Shown one piece after another: positions 8,970 through 18,807 of a stretch of 64,000 nucleotides of DNA (position 1 is the stretch's first letter; every line of letters begins with the position of its first letter). This stretch comes from Candidatus Bathyarchaeota archaeon (GTDB taxonomy: Archaea; Thermoproteota; Bathyarchaeia; 40CM-2-53-6), in assembly GCA_005888735.1 (NCBI GenBank), contig VBBN01000027.1, forward strand, positions 99,845-163,844, written 5' to 3'. The position numbers and the translations under genes were made by a program. A model generated the notes under the pieces. That model ran no database searches and was not told the origin of the DNA. It saw nothing but the letters and a program-made list of their open reading frames with translations.

Positions 8970-9895
8970 CTGTTCGCGGCCTCTGTTTTATGTATAAGCT
9001 CGAAGAAGTACTCTTCCAGCCCCGATTTTTCATGTTTGATTTCCTGAACGGAGAAGCCCCTTTTCACGAGTTCAGCGTTGACTTGAGACGAGTCTCCTTG
9101 GAAGTTCGAGAGTATGACCGAGTTTCCCTCGACCTGGATTGATCCACCAAGCGTCTTGAGGTAGGCTACAGCGTCATCGGTGACGTTCTGGAGGACTATC
9201 CTGAGAACTCCACCATGTCCGGCGTAGCTCGCGAGTTCGTCCCTTGTGGCTGTTTTGATGAGTTTTCCCCGATGAATGAAGACTACTCGATCTGCTAGGT
9301 TCTCGATCTCTGTGAGGATGTGGGAGGATAGTAGGATGGCCTTGCCGAGTTTTCTTTGTGCGAGCATTAGTTCTCGGAAGAAGTGTATTCCTTCAGGGTC
9401 GAGCCCGTTGAGAACTTCGTCGAAGAGAAAGTTTTGCGGGTTTGAGATGAGGGAAACGGCGAGGGAGAACCGTTTTTTCATTCCTTGAGAGTAGGTTCGA
9501 AGTTTGCGGTTCTCGAAACCGCTGAGGCCTACGCTGGAAAGGAGTTCTTTGGCCTGTTTCTTGGCCTCTGTGCGGTTGATCCCGTAGAAGCCTGCGAGGT
9601 ACTGCATCATCGTCCAGGCTTTCGCGTTGGGTTCATAGTTCGGTATCTCGGGGACCCAGCCGATGCTCTTCGAGGCTTCAGGCTTTTCGTTCGTTATGTC
9701 ATGCCCGTCTATGATGGCGGTTCCCGCGGTTGGAAGGCTGACTCCGACCGCTATTCTGATGGTCGTGGTTTTTCCTGCTCCGTTCAGTCCGACGAAGCCT
9801 ACAATTTCCCCATTCTTCACCTCGAAGCTGACAGAGCTTATGGCAGGGCCCTGTCTCGGAGAGAATATTTTCGTCAGGTTCTTGATCTCTAGCAA
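8966..9895 (-). CDS. ABC transporter ATP-binding protein (ABC-2/DrrA-like)
   Basis: Walker A GLNGAGKTT, a LSGGxxxR-type signature, and Walker B LFDEVLNGLD followed by the H-loop SSHIL. Confidence 0.9.
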   Translation of the reverse strand: MLEIKNLTKIFSPRQGPAISSVSFEVKNGEIVGFVGLNGAGKTTTIRIAVGVSLPTAGTAIIDGHDITNEKPEASKSIGWVPEIPNYEPNAKAWTMMQYLAGFYGINRTEAKKQAKELLSSVGLSGFENRKLRTYSQGMKKRFSLAVSLISNPQNFLFDEVLNGLDPEGIHFFRELMLAQRKLGKAILLSSHILTEIENLADRVVFIHRGKLIKTATRDELASYAGHGGVLRIVLQNVTDDAVAYLKTLGGSIQVEGNSVILSNFQGDSSQVNAELVKRGFSVQEIKHEKSGLEEYFFELIHKTEAANR

Positions 9896-10167
9896 GAAGA
9901 AAGGTCCCGCGAGACGGTTGTAAACGGCTCAGTGGGCAAATTTAACAGTTCACACACGCAGAGCGAACTGTTGTACTAGGCTGCCTGAGGAGCGGGAAGC
10001 GACGACTTGTCTCGAACCAGTTTCTCTCACGTCTCGAACACCGATAACAGATTCTCTGAGGGTCGATTGTGACTCTTCCCCGCTCTCAACTACTAGCAAT
10101 CGCTCTAGGTATCCTCAAATCTACGTGACAAGTCTCGCATATTCTCCTAAACAAAGCTGAGAATACT

Positions 10168-11508
10168 TTGACCAGTGTGCTCCCGGGGTTGGGCAAAGCA
10201 TCGTGGCGACGGGATCGTATCGTCTCAACTCCAGAGAGACTCTGCCCAATGTGTAAGCGGGTCAAACAATTGTCCAGCGAGGCGAGATGTGCCGTACATC
10301 TCAAGGCCATATCGCTCGAAGCTCACCACCCAGAATTTGACACCCAGTCCATTGCTGGGTCAAGTCCACCGGGTGTTTTTGTGGGCAGGTTCGGTTATCC
10401 AAAGGTCTTCATTGGACCGATGGTACCGAACGTCTCGGGCAACACTGAGATTCTTGACACCCCGGAATGGTGGATGGGGAAAGGCTTCGACGAGATTGTA
10501 GCTTTTCGGTACAGTCTGCTACGGGGATACAGTAAAGCAAGCATTCTGGATGCTCAGAAGGGAGGCAGGTTGATCGAGACTCTGCAGGACCTGGCTATGA
10601 TGACGAAACCAGTTGACACTGAACTCGTCCTTGCTCGACCGCCTCGAAAAATACTGGACCTGCGTGAAGATTCTCAGCCCTTCGGCCCGATAGCGCCGCT
10701 AACGTCTTTCAAGATGAGCAGCTCTTCCGCAGACAATAGGATTGAGAAAGCATTCTACGATGGCGACCTTCTAGCGGACGACGCGGTACTCCGGCTCTAC
10801 CGAGATGGTGTCCTTGTAACACGTATCCAGAGAGCGTTCAGCCTAGGCATGTTCGGCGAGGACAAGAGGCGAAAGCTTGTCCCGACGCGATGGAGTATCA
10901 CGGCGGTCGACAGTAATCTCAGCCTCAGACTAATGGCTCGGGTACGGCAGCACCCGCTGATTGACGAGTACCGGGTATACAAGTACACATACCTGGACAA
11001 TGTCTACGTTGGGATTCTTACCCCTGAGAGTTGGAGGTACGAGTGGATTGAGGCCTGGTTTGAGCCGGAACTGCTCGCGACGAGTTTTCCTGATGTGGAC
11101 ATGAAGGTTGATGTTGAGCCGAGTGGCTATACCTCCTTGGATGGGTACCGACCGGTGATGCTTGGTGACTCGGAGGGATTCCGGGGAAGGAAGACCTATG
11201 CTAAGCCGGGTGGATGCTATTATTCGGCGAGACTTGCCGTTTCGGAATACCTGGACTCTATTGGAAGGCAGGCTGGTGCTATAATGCTGAGAGAGATTCA
11301 CCCAGGCTACATAATGCCTGTTGGGGTTTGGAACGTTAGAGAGAGTCTTAGAGCACTTCTCAAGACACGATTCGAAAGTTTTGACTCTATGGATGCGGCG
11401 ATGAACCGCGCGACTGGATTGCTTGAGATTCCGAAGCGTTCATGGATTCAGGCTTCGAGCCTTCTCCAGAAGGCATACTTCCAGAGGAAAATCAGCGAAT
11501 TCAACTAA
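10168..11508 (+). CDS. Nre-family DNA repair protein (NreA-like, DUF650/DUF651); family assignment by recollection
   Basis: 446-aa archaeal-type ORF with an N-terminal CPMC...C zinc motif. Its size and organisation resemble archaeal NreA. The C-terminus QKAYFQRKISEF could be a degenerate PIP-like box. Treat the family call as moderate. Confidence 0.5.
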   Translation: MTSVLPGLGKASWRRDRIVSTPERLCPMCKRVKQLSSEARCAVHLKAISLEAHHPEFDTQSIAGSSPPGVFVGRFGYPKVFIGPMVPNVSGNTEILDTPEWWMGKGFDEIVAFRYSLLRGYSKASILDAQKGGRLIETLQDLAMMTKPVDTELVLARPPRKILDLREDSQPFGPIAPLTSFKMSSSSADNRIEKAFYDGDLLADDAVLRLYRDGVLVTRIQRAFSLGMFGEDKRRKLVPTRWSITAVDSNLSLRLMARVRQHPLIDEYRVYKYTYLDNVYVGILTPESWRYEWIEAWFEPELLATSFPDVDMKVDVEPSGYTSLDGYRPVMLGDSEGFRGRKTYAKPGGCYYSARLAVSEYLDSIGRQAGAIMLREIHPGYIMPVGVWNVRESLRALLKTRFESFDSMDAAMNRATGLLEIPKRSWIQASSLLQKAYFQRKISEFN

Positions 11509-11776
11509 ACCTAACATGTGGCTCGCCTACTCTCAGCAAGAGCTAGTAGGCCGTAGTGGGACTGCGTGACCCTGGTTCTCAAGAATAACATGTCTCCAAG
11601 CTATTCTCACGTCTCAGAAAGCGTTGCCTCTTCCCGCGGCCGGCCTCTCGAGAACCCTTAGGCATCCTCTCGGGATTCCATCGACCAAGCGCTGTGTTTG
11701 GTGGAGGGTGTCAGATACAACAGGGTGAATACAGGAAGGAATAGACGGGTGAGAACGGCATCCCATTGTTAAGAGC

Positions 11777-12232
11777 GTGCCCAGGAAGATGACGCGTCCC
11801 GGCTCCAATGAAACCTTGAGGCCGAGGATCTGGCGGAGACGCAAGTCCCTCTTGGTCGCCATCGTAACACTCGCAATTGTCGGGTCCTTCGGCATATTCT
11901 ATGCTTGGGAGTATCGCACGCAGGTCTTGCTTGATGAGACCGCTTCAATCAAGGAGACTTACATACGACAGCTCAACTTCAACGTTTTCTTTGGCAACAG
12001 AGGCATGGGGGTCACAGTTGAAACATACAAGATTCCTGCTTATGTGACACTATGGTGGCAGTCTGGAACCAACGCATTCGTATATCTCCAGGATCAGCCC
12101 GTCGCGGTTAACTCAACATGGACAACGAGCGTAACACTTCACAATTCAGGAGGACACTACTGGTTTCTCGTCGCGAAGAGCGAAGCCTTCGGCGAGGGCC
12201 TCACAACCATCCACGTAAGAGTCACCGTGTAA
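11777..12232 (+). CDS. Hypothetical membrane-anchored protein
   Basis: N-terminal R/K-rich region then a TM helix (LLVAIVTLAIVGSFGIFYAW), followed by an extracytoplasmic domain. Confidence 0.45.
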   Translation: MPRKMTRPGSNETLRPRIWRRRKSLLVAIVTLAIVGSFGIFYAWEYRTQVLLDETASIKETYIRQLNFNVFFGNRGMGVTVETYKIPAYVTLWWQSGTNAFVYLQDQPVAVNSTWTTSVTLHNSGGHYWFLVAKSEAFGEGLTTIHVRVTV

Positions 12233-12269
12233 AATTGGCTGATACGCGCTCGTCTGCGAAAAACGCTAA

Positions 12270-12716
12270 ATGAAAAGAGTAGGAAAGGTGGGGAAGTCGA
12301 ACCAGACGAACCTCTTGAAGGCCAAGTCGGAGAGCACGGTCAGATTCTACGACGTCTTAAGCGTGATTTTCTTCATTCTCGCGGCGGTATCCCTAGGCAT
12401 GCTCTCGCTGTTCTTGATACCTGACTTTGCTGTCTTGGGGCTCGGGGCCATGGATATCGGCACGATTCTTAACGCTGTGAGCCGCATGATATCGCTACGG
12501 AGTCTTGAAGACTTGGAGGAGCGGAAGAGAAAGACGAAGAACACAATCAAGTTCTTCCACGTGGTGAGCTACGCGTGTTTTGCAGTTGCCGCCGTACTAT
12601 TCGCCATAGCCCTGAACCTCTTCGATACGGACTTCGGGGTCATGGGACTGGAACTTTCCGGCTGCGGGACAATTCTCCGAGCTGTATCCCGAAGCATATA
12701 CTTGGAGAGTGGCTGA
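12270..12716 (+). CDS. Hypothetical membrane protein with internal duplication
   Basis: Two homologous halves: FLIPDFAVLGLGAMDIGTILNAVSRMISLRSLE and LFDTDFGVMGLELSGCGTILRAVSRSIYLESG. Confidence 0.45.
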   Translation: MKRVGKVGKSNQTNLLKAKSESTVRFYDVLSVIFFILAAVSLGMLSLFLIPDFAVLGLGAMDIGTILNAVSRMISLRSLEDLEERKRKTKNTIKFFHVVSYACFAVAAVLFAIALNLFDTDFGVMGLELSGCGTILRAVSRSIYLESG

Positions 12717-13380
12717 TTGCTTGGAGCTATGGAGACTAAACAACCTCTTCAAAATATTCCTCCTTTTCTTCGTCGTCGCGTACTTCGCCTCCGTCTTTCT
12801 GCTTAGGCAAGTAGCTCTCTCCCAGTATCTCCTCGTCATCCTCCTCCTAGGAATAGGCGTTTACATTGTGCTCATAGTTGCTCCTCTGCTCAAGAGGAAG
12901 AGTTCTGCAGCTCCGGAGGCGGGCGAAAAGGGAGGCGTCTCCAAAAAGACCGTCTTAGGAATTGTTGTGATAATTCTACTATTCGCAGGGGTCTTCTTCG
13001 TAGTTCGGAACCTCACATCTCCCACGCCAGGGTATCAGCTAGTCAGCGTCCAGTTCTTGATGGTGCCTAACGGCACAGCCTTCGTGATGCGCCCCTTCAT
13101 TCCCAACAATGAGTGCGCCTGGTTGGAGAGCATGAACATCACTACTAGGCAGAAAGCGACCGGCTTGGGGCTTCCAGACTGTGATTATGCCTGGCCGCAC
13201 GTCAACCTGAGCCAGGCAACCCTGTTCTTGGAGTTTGAAAACTTCACCGAGTTCGCCTACAACCTCAACGCTACCGGTCTCGTCCATGGTTCCAAAGGAA
13301 CAGCGATTCTCTGCTTCACAATACCTACTCAGAGCTTTCAATGCTGGGTCCCACCGGCAAGAGTCACTCATCTCCGGTAA
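12709..13380 (+). CDS. Hypothetical membrane/secreted protein
   Basis: Three N-terminal TM helices then a Cys-containing, N-glycosylation-sequon-rich extracytoplasmic domain. Overlaps the previous ORF by 8 nt. Confidence 0.45.
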   Translation: MADCLELWRLNNLFKIFLLFFVVAYFASVFLLRQVALSQYLLVILLLGIGVYIVLIVAPLLKRKSSAAPEAGEKGGVSKKTVLGIVVIILLFAGVFFVVRNLTSPTPGYQLVSVQFLMVPNGTAFVMRPFIPNNECAWLESMNITTRQKATGLGLPDCDYAWPHVNLSQATLFLEFENFTEFAYNLNATGLVHGSKGTAILCFTIPTQSFQCWVPPARVTHLR

Positions 13381-13596
13381 GACCCGGCGCGAAGATTCAC
13401 GCGAGACTTCAGTGGAAACTGGGCACTTGAACTTGGAAGATGCGCGGGAAGTTCGGCTCAACCTATTCCACTAATCAGTCTTAGTTAGATTCGCCGAGGA
13501 GTTTGCTCGTCAAGGCTGAGTTTGGTTCTAGCTCGGCAGTGCATGCCCTCCGCAAATGGGCGGAGCCAGACGAATTCGGTGGGACGGCGGTAATCC

Positions 13597-15498
13597 GTGC
13601 AAATCGATTCAAAACCGAAACTCACTGTTGCATTCATGTTCTTAATCGCCCTAGGCGGACTTAGTCTTGCACATCCTGCAGGTCAGACCATCCTAAGCGG
13701 AAGCCCCGAATCTGGTCTCTTCAAAGCTGCTCCCACTGGATCATCCTGGAATACTGCCGTTACGTGCCAGCCAGTCATCGCCACCGTTAGGGATATTCTG
13801 GGAAGCCAGCTGAATAGCAACGGCGGGGCAACTTTCTCCGGAGGCTACGGGGTGTCAATTCCAGATAAGCGGTCGATAAACCCACCATGCAACGTAAACG
13901 CGAAACAAATGCTCGTAGAAATTCACAACGTAGTCCTGATAGACTTCAGTGCTGCAGACGAGTGCGGCGACCCAGGCTACAGTCCCCCAATTCCAAGCGC
14001 TTACTGTGATTCCACCGGGAACATCGAGGACCAGAACGACCACACCTTCGGCAGCAATTACAACATGGTAAGAATGCACACCGAGAACGACATGGACTGG
14101 AAGTACCATAGTATCGCTTATCCTGACGCGCCGATGGGTGTGCCGATAGATGTCCAGGGCTTCGTCTACTGGGACCCGAGCCACGTGGCAGAGGCTTGGC
14201 ATTCCTACTCCGGATGGGAACTCCACCCGCTCACCGCGTGGAGACTCTCCGGACAAGGCCAGCCTCTCACCGCCAGTTTCCTCTCCAGTCCAAGCAGCCC
14301 TGTCGTAAACACAAACGTCTACTTCGCGGCTACCCCCATGGGCGGAAGCTCCCCCTACATGTACGCGTGGACCTTCGGAGACGGCTCGACGGGGACCGGG
14401 GCAGCCCCAAGCCACGCGTACACAACCTCTGGCGTTTACACGGTCAGCTTAACAGTCACAGACTCGGCGGGCGGTTCGTCACAAGTCTCCAACGTTGTCT
14501 CGGTTTCGTCTCCAGCTCCGCTTGTCGCAAGCTACCAGTACCTACCATCAACACCGTTAGCAGCGGAAACGGTAACCCTAACAGCCTCAGCCACCGGCGG
14601 ACAACCAGGCTACGGTTACGCTTGGCAGTTCGGCGATGGAGCGAGCGCAAGCGGGAACCCGATCAGCCACTTATACACAACGCCCGGAAGCTATGTAGTA
14701 ATCCTAACCGCAACCGATTCGGTCGGGCACAAGGCCACCTTCTCTGAAACCATCAGCGTTCTTTCTTCTTCGCCTCCACCCCTCAACACGTATTTTGTAT
14801 TTGCCAACCCGTCAGGGGTTGATCTCTCAAACCAACTCTCCTGGCAGGTCATGGACGGAGACGTTCAAGTCACCAGCAGCAGCCCAGCCCTTCTAGACAC
14901 GACTAAAGTCTATTTTCTCAACGTCTTCTACCAGGGTCGTCTTGTGGAGAGTCGAACATTCAGCCCCCAGCCCTCGATATTGATAACAGTCTACATGTAT
15001 CCCCACCAGTCGGCTACGAACGGCTACATCGCGTTCAACTCAACAATCAACACCTTCGCCATAACAGAACAATCCGGCTCGCGCCTTCGGTTCACAGCCC
15101 TCTCCGCGTATGGAACAGGCTCCTCTGATCACATGATCATAGTCAAGGTTCCCAAGTCGCCAGCGCTAGTGCAAAGAACCGGGTCCGATTATCCATTCTC
15201 CTTCGACCAGTCCAACAACGTTGTCATCATAGAAAGCCCCACGCTGTCAGATTGGAATCTCATCTTCAACACTCCCTTACAACCCCCGTCTCCTCCGACA
15301 TCACAGCCACCGACCAGCCAACCACAATCTCACTGCCAGATATGCCTGAACACCCGAGGCCCTGTTTACTTCCTGTCGTTGCTCGCTTTAGGAGCAATAG
15401 TGGGGCTCGTCCTCACGTTACTGGTTCTAACTGCAGGGGCAAGAAGGCGTCTTCGAAAGACCCGCCGGACATATCACAAAAGAGTGCTCTTGGAATAG
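13597..15498 (+). CDS. Cell-surface protein with two PKD domains and C-terminal TM anchor
   Basis: Signal peptide MQIDSKPKLTVAFMFLIALGGLSLAHPAG. PKD signatures YAWTFGDGSTGTG...YTVSLTVTDSAGG and YAWQFGDGASASG...YVVILTATDSVGH. A PPSPPTSQPPTSQP linker leads to a TM helix and an RRRLRKTRR tail. Confidence 0.8.
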   Translation: MQIDSKPKLTVAFMFLIALGGLSLAHPAGQTILSGSPESGLFKAAPTGSSWNTAVTCQPVIATVRDILGSQLNSNGGATFSGGYGVSIPDKRSINPPCNVNAKQMLVEIHNVVLIDFSAADECGDPGYSPPIPSAYCDSTGNIEDQNDHTFGSNYNMVRMHTENDMDWKYHSIAYPDAPMGVPIDVQGFVYWDPSHVAEAWHSYSGWELHPLTAWRLSGQGQPLTASFLSSPSSPVVNTNVYFAATPMGGSSPYMYAWTFGDGSTGTGAAPSHAYTTSGVYTVSLTVTDSAGGSSQVSNVVSVSSPAPLVASYQYLPSTPLAAETVTLTASATGGQPGYGYAWQFGDGASASGNPISHLYTTPGSYVVILTATDSVGHKATFSETISVLSSSPPPLNTYFVFANPSGVDLSNQLSWQVMDGDVQVTSSSPALLDTTKVYFLNVFYQGRLVESRTFSPQPSILITVYMYPHQSATNGYIAFNSTINTFAITEQSGSRLRFTALSAYGTGSSDHMIIVKVPKSPALVQRTGSDYPFSFDQSNNVVIIESPTLSDWNLIFNTPLQPPSPPTSQPPTSQPQSHCQICLNTRGPVYFLSLLALGAIVGLVLTLLVLTAGARRRLRKTRRTYHKRVLLE

Positions 15499-15828
15499 AC
15501 TGATTTTCAAAGGGAAGGAAGGGCGGCGGGGACTTTTGCGCTCCCCGCCTGCCACGGAAAATAGACGAATCTCTTCTGCGTGGAAAGAAGGGTTCTGAAT
15601 GCAGACCGATCTCGTCAGCTTGCCGCTGAGGAAGAGTACTAAGGCCGATGTGTGGACTCTCCCGCCGACCACGCCACACCTATTAATCACAAACCGCCTC
15701 TTAGGCAGGTAATGCGAGCAGCGAGATCGTCTTTCTCTTCCTTATTCACGAGACCTGAGGAGGAATAGGGCGGAGCCCTTTTCGCTCTCGGTCCGGGCGG
15801 TGGCCTACGACAGGTAAGGCACGGGAAC

Positions 15829-18705
15829 ATGGCCGTTAGAAGTCGTGCGAGGCTGGACAAGAAGAAGATATCGAGAGATGTAGTCGCAATCATCCTCCTG
15901 CTCGCCACTACTACCCCGGCTGCGTTCCACGCAGTCCGGGCTCAAGGACTTGCAGCCAGCATCACATACACACCAACATCACCCGCAAGAACGGAGACCG
16001 TTACCTTTACCGGATCTGCCACGGGAGGCGTACCACCATATACATTCTCATGGACCCTCGGCGACGCCTCCACCGTAACCGGCTCCACCGTCTCCCACAC
16101 CTATGCCTCGAGCGGCGCTTACACTGTCAACTTGACAGTTACCGATTCCAACCTGCAACAAGCCTTCCAGGCACAGAAGGTCATCGTCACCAACTATCAT
16201 GGGTTCAGCTTCGGCATAGCCAGCGACATCGGCAACCTCAACGTCGGCTACAGCAACAATGCCCTCTACGCATCTCGGCAGAGCCTCCTACGCCTCGGCA
16301 ACAGCACGGGCTTGAGCTTCTTCATTGCCAATGGCTGGTTCGCGGATGGGTTCTATTACCGGAATGAGGCCGCGTGGTGCAGCGAGTTCAAAGCCCACTA
16401 CTCTAACATAGTCCTCGTCGCAGGTGAGACCGATACCGGCTGGACGAGTGTCCCCTATAGCGACATCATCTACGACAGCAACACTAATGGCGTATACGAC
16501 AACTCCGGCTCAGGACCTGACAGTATTTTGTTCAACGGTTGGGGGGGAGGCAGCCGTCTGCCCGGCCCAGTCAACGGGAGTCCAATAGCGTCAGATAACA
16601 GGATCCGGTACTGGGACGCCAACCATGACAATCAATGGAACCCCGGCGAGGCTATCGTCGATGACGATGCTGGTGTTAGCTTTATGCGTGCCTACTATCC
16701 TGTAATGGTTGGGCCGATACCTCCCACTGGCACTCCGCTCTCGTCTGACCCCAAGCTGAAGTATTTCCAGCGGGACAGCAACCGGTTCTATGTTCGTCCC
16801 CAGACCAACGGCGACTTTGAACAATACGTCATCAACTGCGGCTTCCCGTCGAGCCTCGGAACATGGCACGGCAGCGGCATCAACTGCGGCAACGCCCTCC
16901 CCGGCCAGCCCGGCTACACTTTCCCCACGTGCTACGGTCGCGAATACTACTTCGACATAGGATATCCGACACCGGAGTTGCGTATCGTGGCGATTAGCCC
17001 CACGGTACAGAATATCACCGGCCGCATGACCGTATTCGGCACCGACACTTGGCTCTACCAGAAGAACGATGCGCACTACAACTGGGTCAACCAGACAATA
17101 CAGGCAGCCCGGGCGGCCGGGATCCCCCAAACCATGGTGGTCAGTTTTGACCAGTGCATGGGCACCACCGTTGAAGAGTGTGGCCAAAGCTTCCATCACC
17201 AGAGCGCCTACGACTCCACCGGGACCCAGATCGAAGGGGATCTATGGTCATTACTACTTGACAGTCTTGGCCCACAAGGCGCTAGGATAACCTACTTGGT
17301 CCAAGGAGAGGACAAGGGATACAGCAGGTTCTACCCGTTGGCAACCCATCCTGCCCCCCCTTTTACGAGTGACGGACTAGGCTGCCTTTGGGACAGTGCC
17401 ACCGGCAATCATGGCTTCCCGTTGATAAAATACTCCTATGACACCCCCGCAGATCTCTACCCTGTATACAACCCAGCCTGTTTCGCCAACCCGCAGACCC
17501 CTGGGCAGCCGTACACTCCTTGGCCCGGCCTCGCCGGCCAAGGGGCATCGCTAATCATCTCCGCGGCTTTCGGCGCTGGCCTATACAACACACTCTACCC
17601 GGGAGAAATCCTAGTCAAAGACGTGAAGGGCACTGGGTTCTATGAACCGGGCTACGCCTACATTGGAGGCATCCAGCCCGTCCCGGGAACTATGCTCACG
17701 GGCAACCAGGCCACTAACAGCCACGTCGGCTTCATAGACACGAACGGCAATGGCCAATGGGACTTGGGCGAGACACTCTTTCGAGATTCGGACAACACCG
17801 ACGGCTGCACTGGTGGAACCACCTGTAACGGGAAATACGACCCCGGCGAGACCGTATACTCTGGGCCGGTTCCTAGCACTCAACAGCCCGCAGCTTTCAA
17901 CGACACAGATGTGAAGCTAATCGACACCAATGGGAACGGTAAATGGGACAGGCTCGGCGGAGCACCCCACAACGTCCTCGAAACACCCTACATAGCCACT
18001 TCAATGGGTGCAAATACACCATGCAACAATCTCGCCTACTCGACCACATGCCCCGGGCACGGCTGGGTCACTTTTGCCTTCAACCCGGCTGGCAACCAGA
18101 CGAACATAGACACGAACTTCTGCATTGACGGAGAACGGCCAACGCCTAACTATGCGTCCTGCATCAGCCCCCACGTCTACAAGGACAAGTATGTCACGGT
18201 CACATCAACTCTGCCCGTCCAGAAAGGCTTCTCCGTCACAGGCTCATTCTACGGCGTCTCAGCGACGATGGCCGCCTACCTCGGCTCCGATCCAGCCATC
18301 ATGCCGACCGCATGGCTCACCGCGGCAAACACCAGTAGCGCTCAACCCTTCGTCGTCCATACCGCTACCTATCTGAACGTCACTCAGACAAGCCAGGGCT
18401 TCAAGTTCGTCTACCAGATCAACACCACAACCTCGACGAACCGCGCCCAGCCCTGGCTCGCCTTCGCCTGCAAGTATACACCCGGCGTGTCAAACAACCC
18501 TTGCGGCTTCCAGAGGACACTAGACATAAACCATGACGGTATGGTGAACATATCCGATATCGCGGCATGCGCTCTCGCCTGGGAGTCTCACCCTGGGGAT
18601 TCGAAGTGGAACGTAAACTGTGATATCAACAACGATGGTGCAGTGAACATATTCGATATCGCAAACATGGCATTATATTTCGACAGCCCAGTGTTCACAG
18701 TATAA
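15829..18705 (+). CDS. Large secreted protein: PKD domain, Ca-binding-like repeat region and C-terminal type-I dockerin
   Basis: Signal peptide. PKD signature FSWTLGDASTVTG...YTVNLTVTDSN. Several DTNGNGQWDLGE / DTNGNGKWD / DANHDNQWNPGE motifs. The C-terminal DINHDGMVNISDIAACALAW...CDINNDGAVNIFDIANMALYF is a canonical duplicated dockerin Ca-binding segment. Confidence 0.8.
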   Translation: MAVRSRARLDKKKISRDVVAIILLLATTTPAAFHAVRAQGLAASITYTPTSPARTETVTFTGSATGGVPPYTFSWTLGDASTVTGSTVSHTYASSGAYTVNLTVTDSNLQQAFQAQKVIVTNYHGFSFGIASDIGNLNVGYSNNALYASRQSLLRLGNSTGLSFFIANGWFADGFYYRNEAAWCSEFKAHYSNIVLVAGETDTGWTSVPYSDIIYDSNTNGVYDNSGSGPDSILFNGWGGGSRLPGPVNGSPIASDNRIRYWDANHDNQWNPGEAIVDDDAGVSFMRAYYPVMVGPIPPTGTPLSSDPKLKYFQRDSNRFYVRPQTNGDFEQYVINCGFPSSLGTWHGSGINCGNALPGQPGYTFPTCYGREYYFDIGYPTPELRIVAISPTVQNITGRMTVFGTDTWLYQKNDAHYNWVNQTIQAARAAGIPQTMVVSFDQCMGTTVEECGQSFHHQSAYDSTGTQIEGDLWSLLLDSLGPQGARITYLVQGEDKGYSRFYPLATHPAPPFTSDGLGCLWDSATGNHGFPLIKYSYDTPADLYPVYNPACFANPQTPGQPYTPWPGLAGQGASLIISAAFGAGLYNTLYPGEILVKDVKGTGFYEPGYAYIGGIQPVPGTMLTGNQATNSHVGFIDTNGNGQWDLGETLFRDSDNTDGCTGGTTCNGKYDPGETVYSGPVPSTQQPAAFNDTDVKLIDTNGNGKWDRLGGAPHNVLETPYIATSMGANTPCNNLAYSTTCPGHGWVTFAFNPAGNQTNIDTNFCIDGERPTPNYASCISPHVYKDKYVTVTSTLPVQKGFSVTGSFYGVSATMAAYLGSDPAIMPTAWLTAANTSSAQPFVVHTATYLNVTQTSQGFKFVYQINTTTSTNRAQPWLAFACKYTPGVSNNPCGFQRTLDINHDGMVNISDIAACALAWESHPGDSKWNVNCDINNDGAVNIFDIANMALYFDSPVFTV

Positions 18706-18807
18706 TCCTCCATAGGAGCATTTTCAGTTAGGGGAGCCAACTCCTCGGTGGAGGAGTCTAAACTCGTTGACTAACGTGTTCTCAGCGCGTGTTGACTAGT
18801 ATCGGTT

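Noticed and set aside
16050-17199. 105-aa plus-strand and 202-aa minus-strand ORFs within the dockerin protein gene
   Set aside because: They are alternate-frame or antisense artefacts inside a 958-aa gene with a continuous domain architecture.
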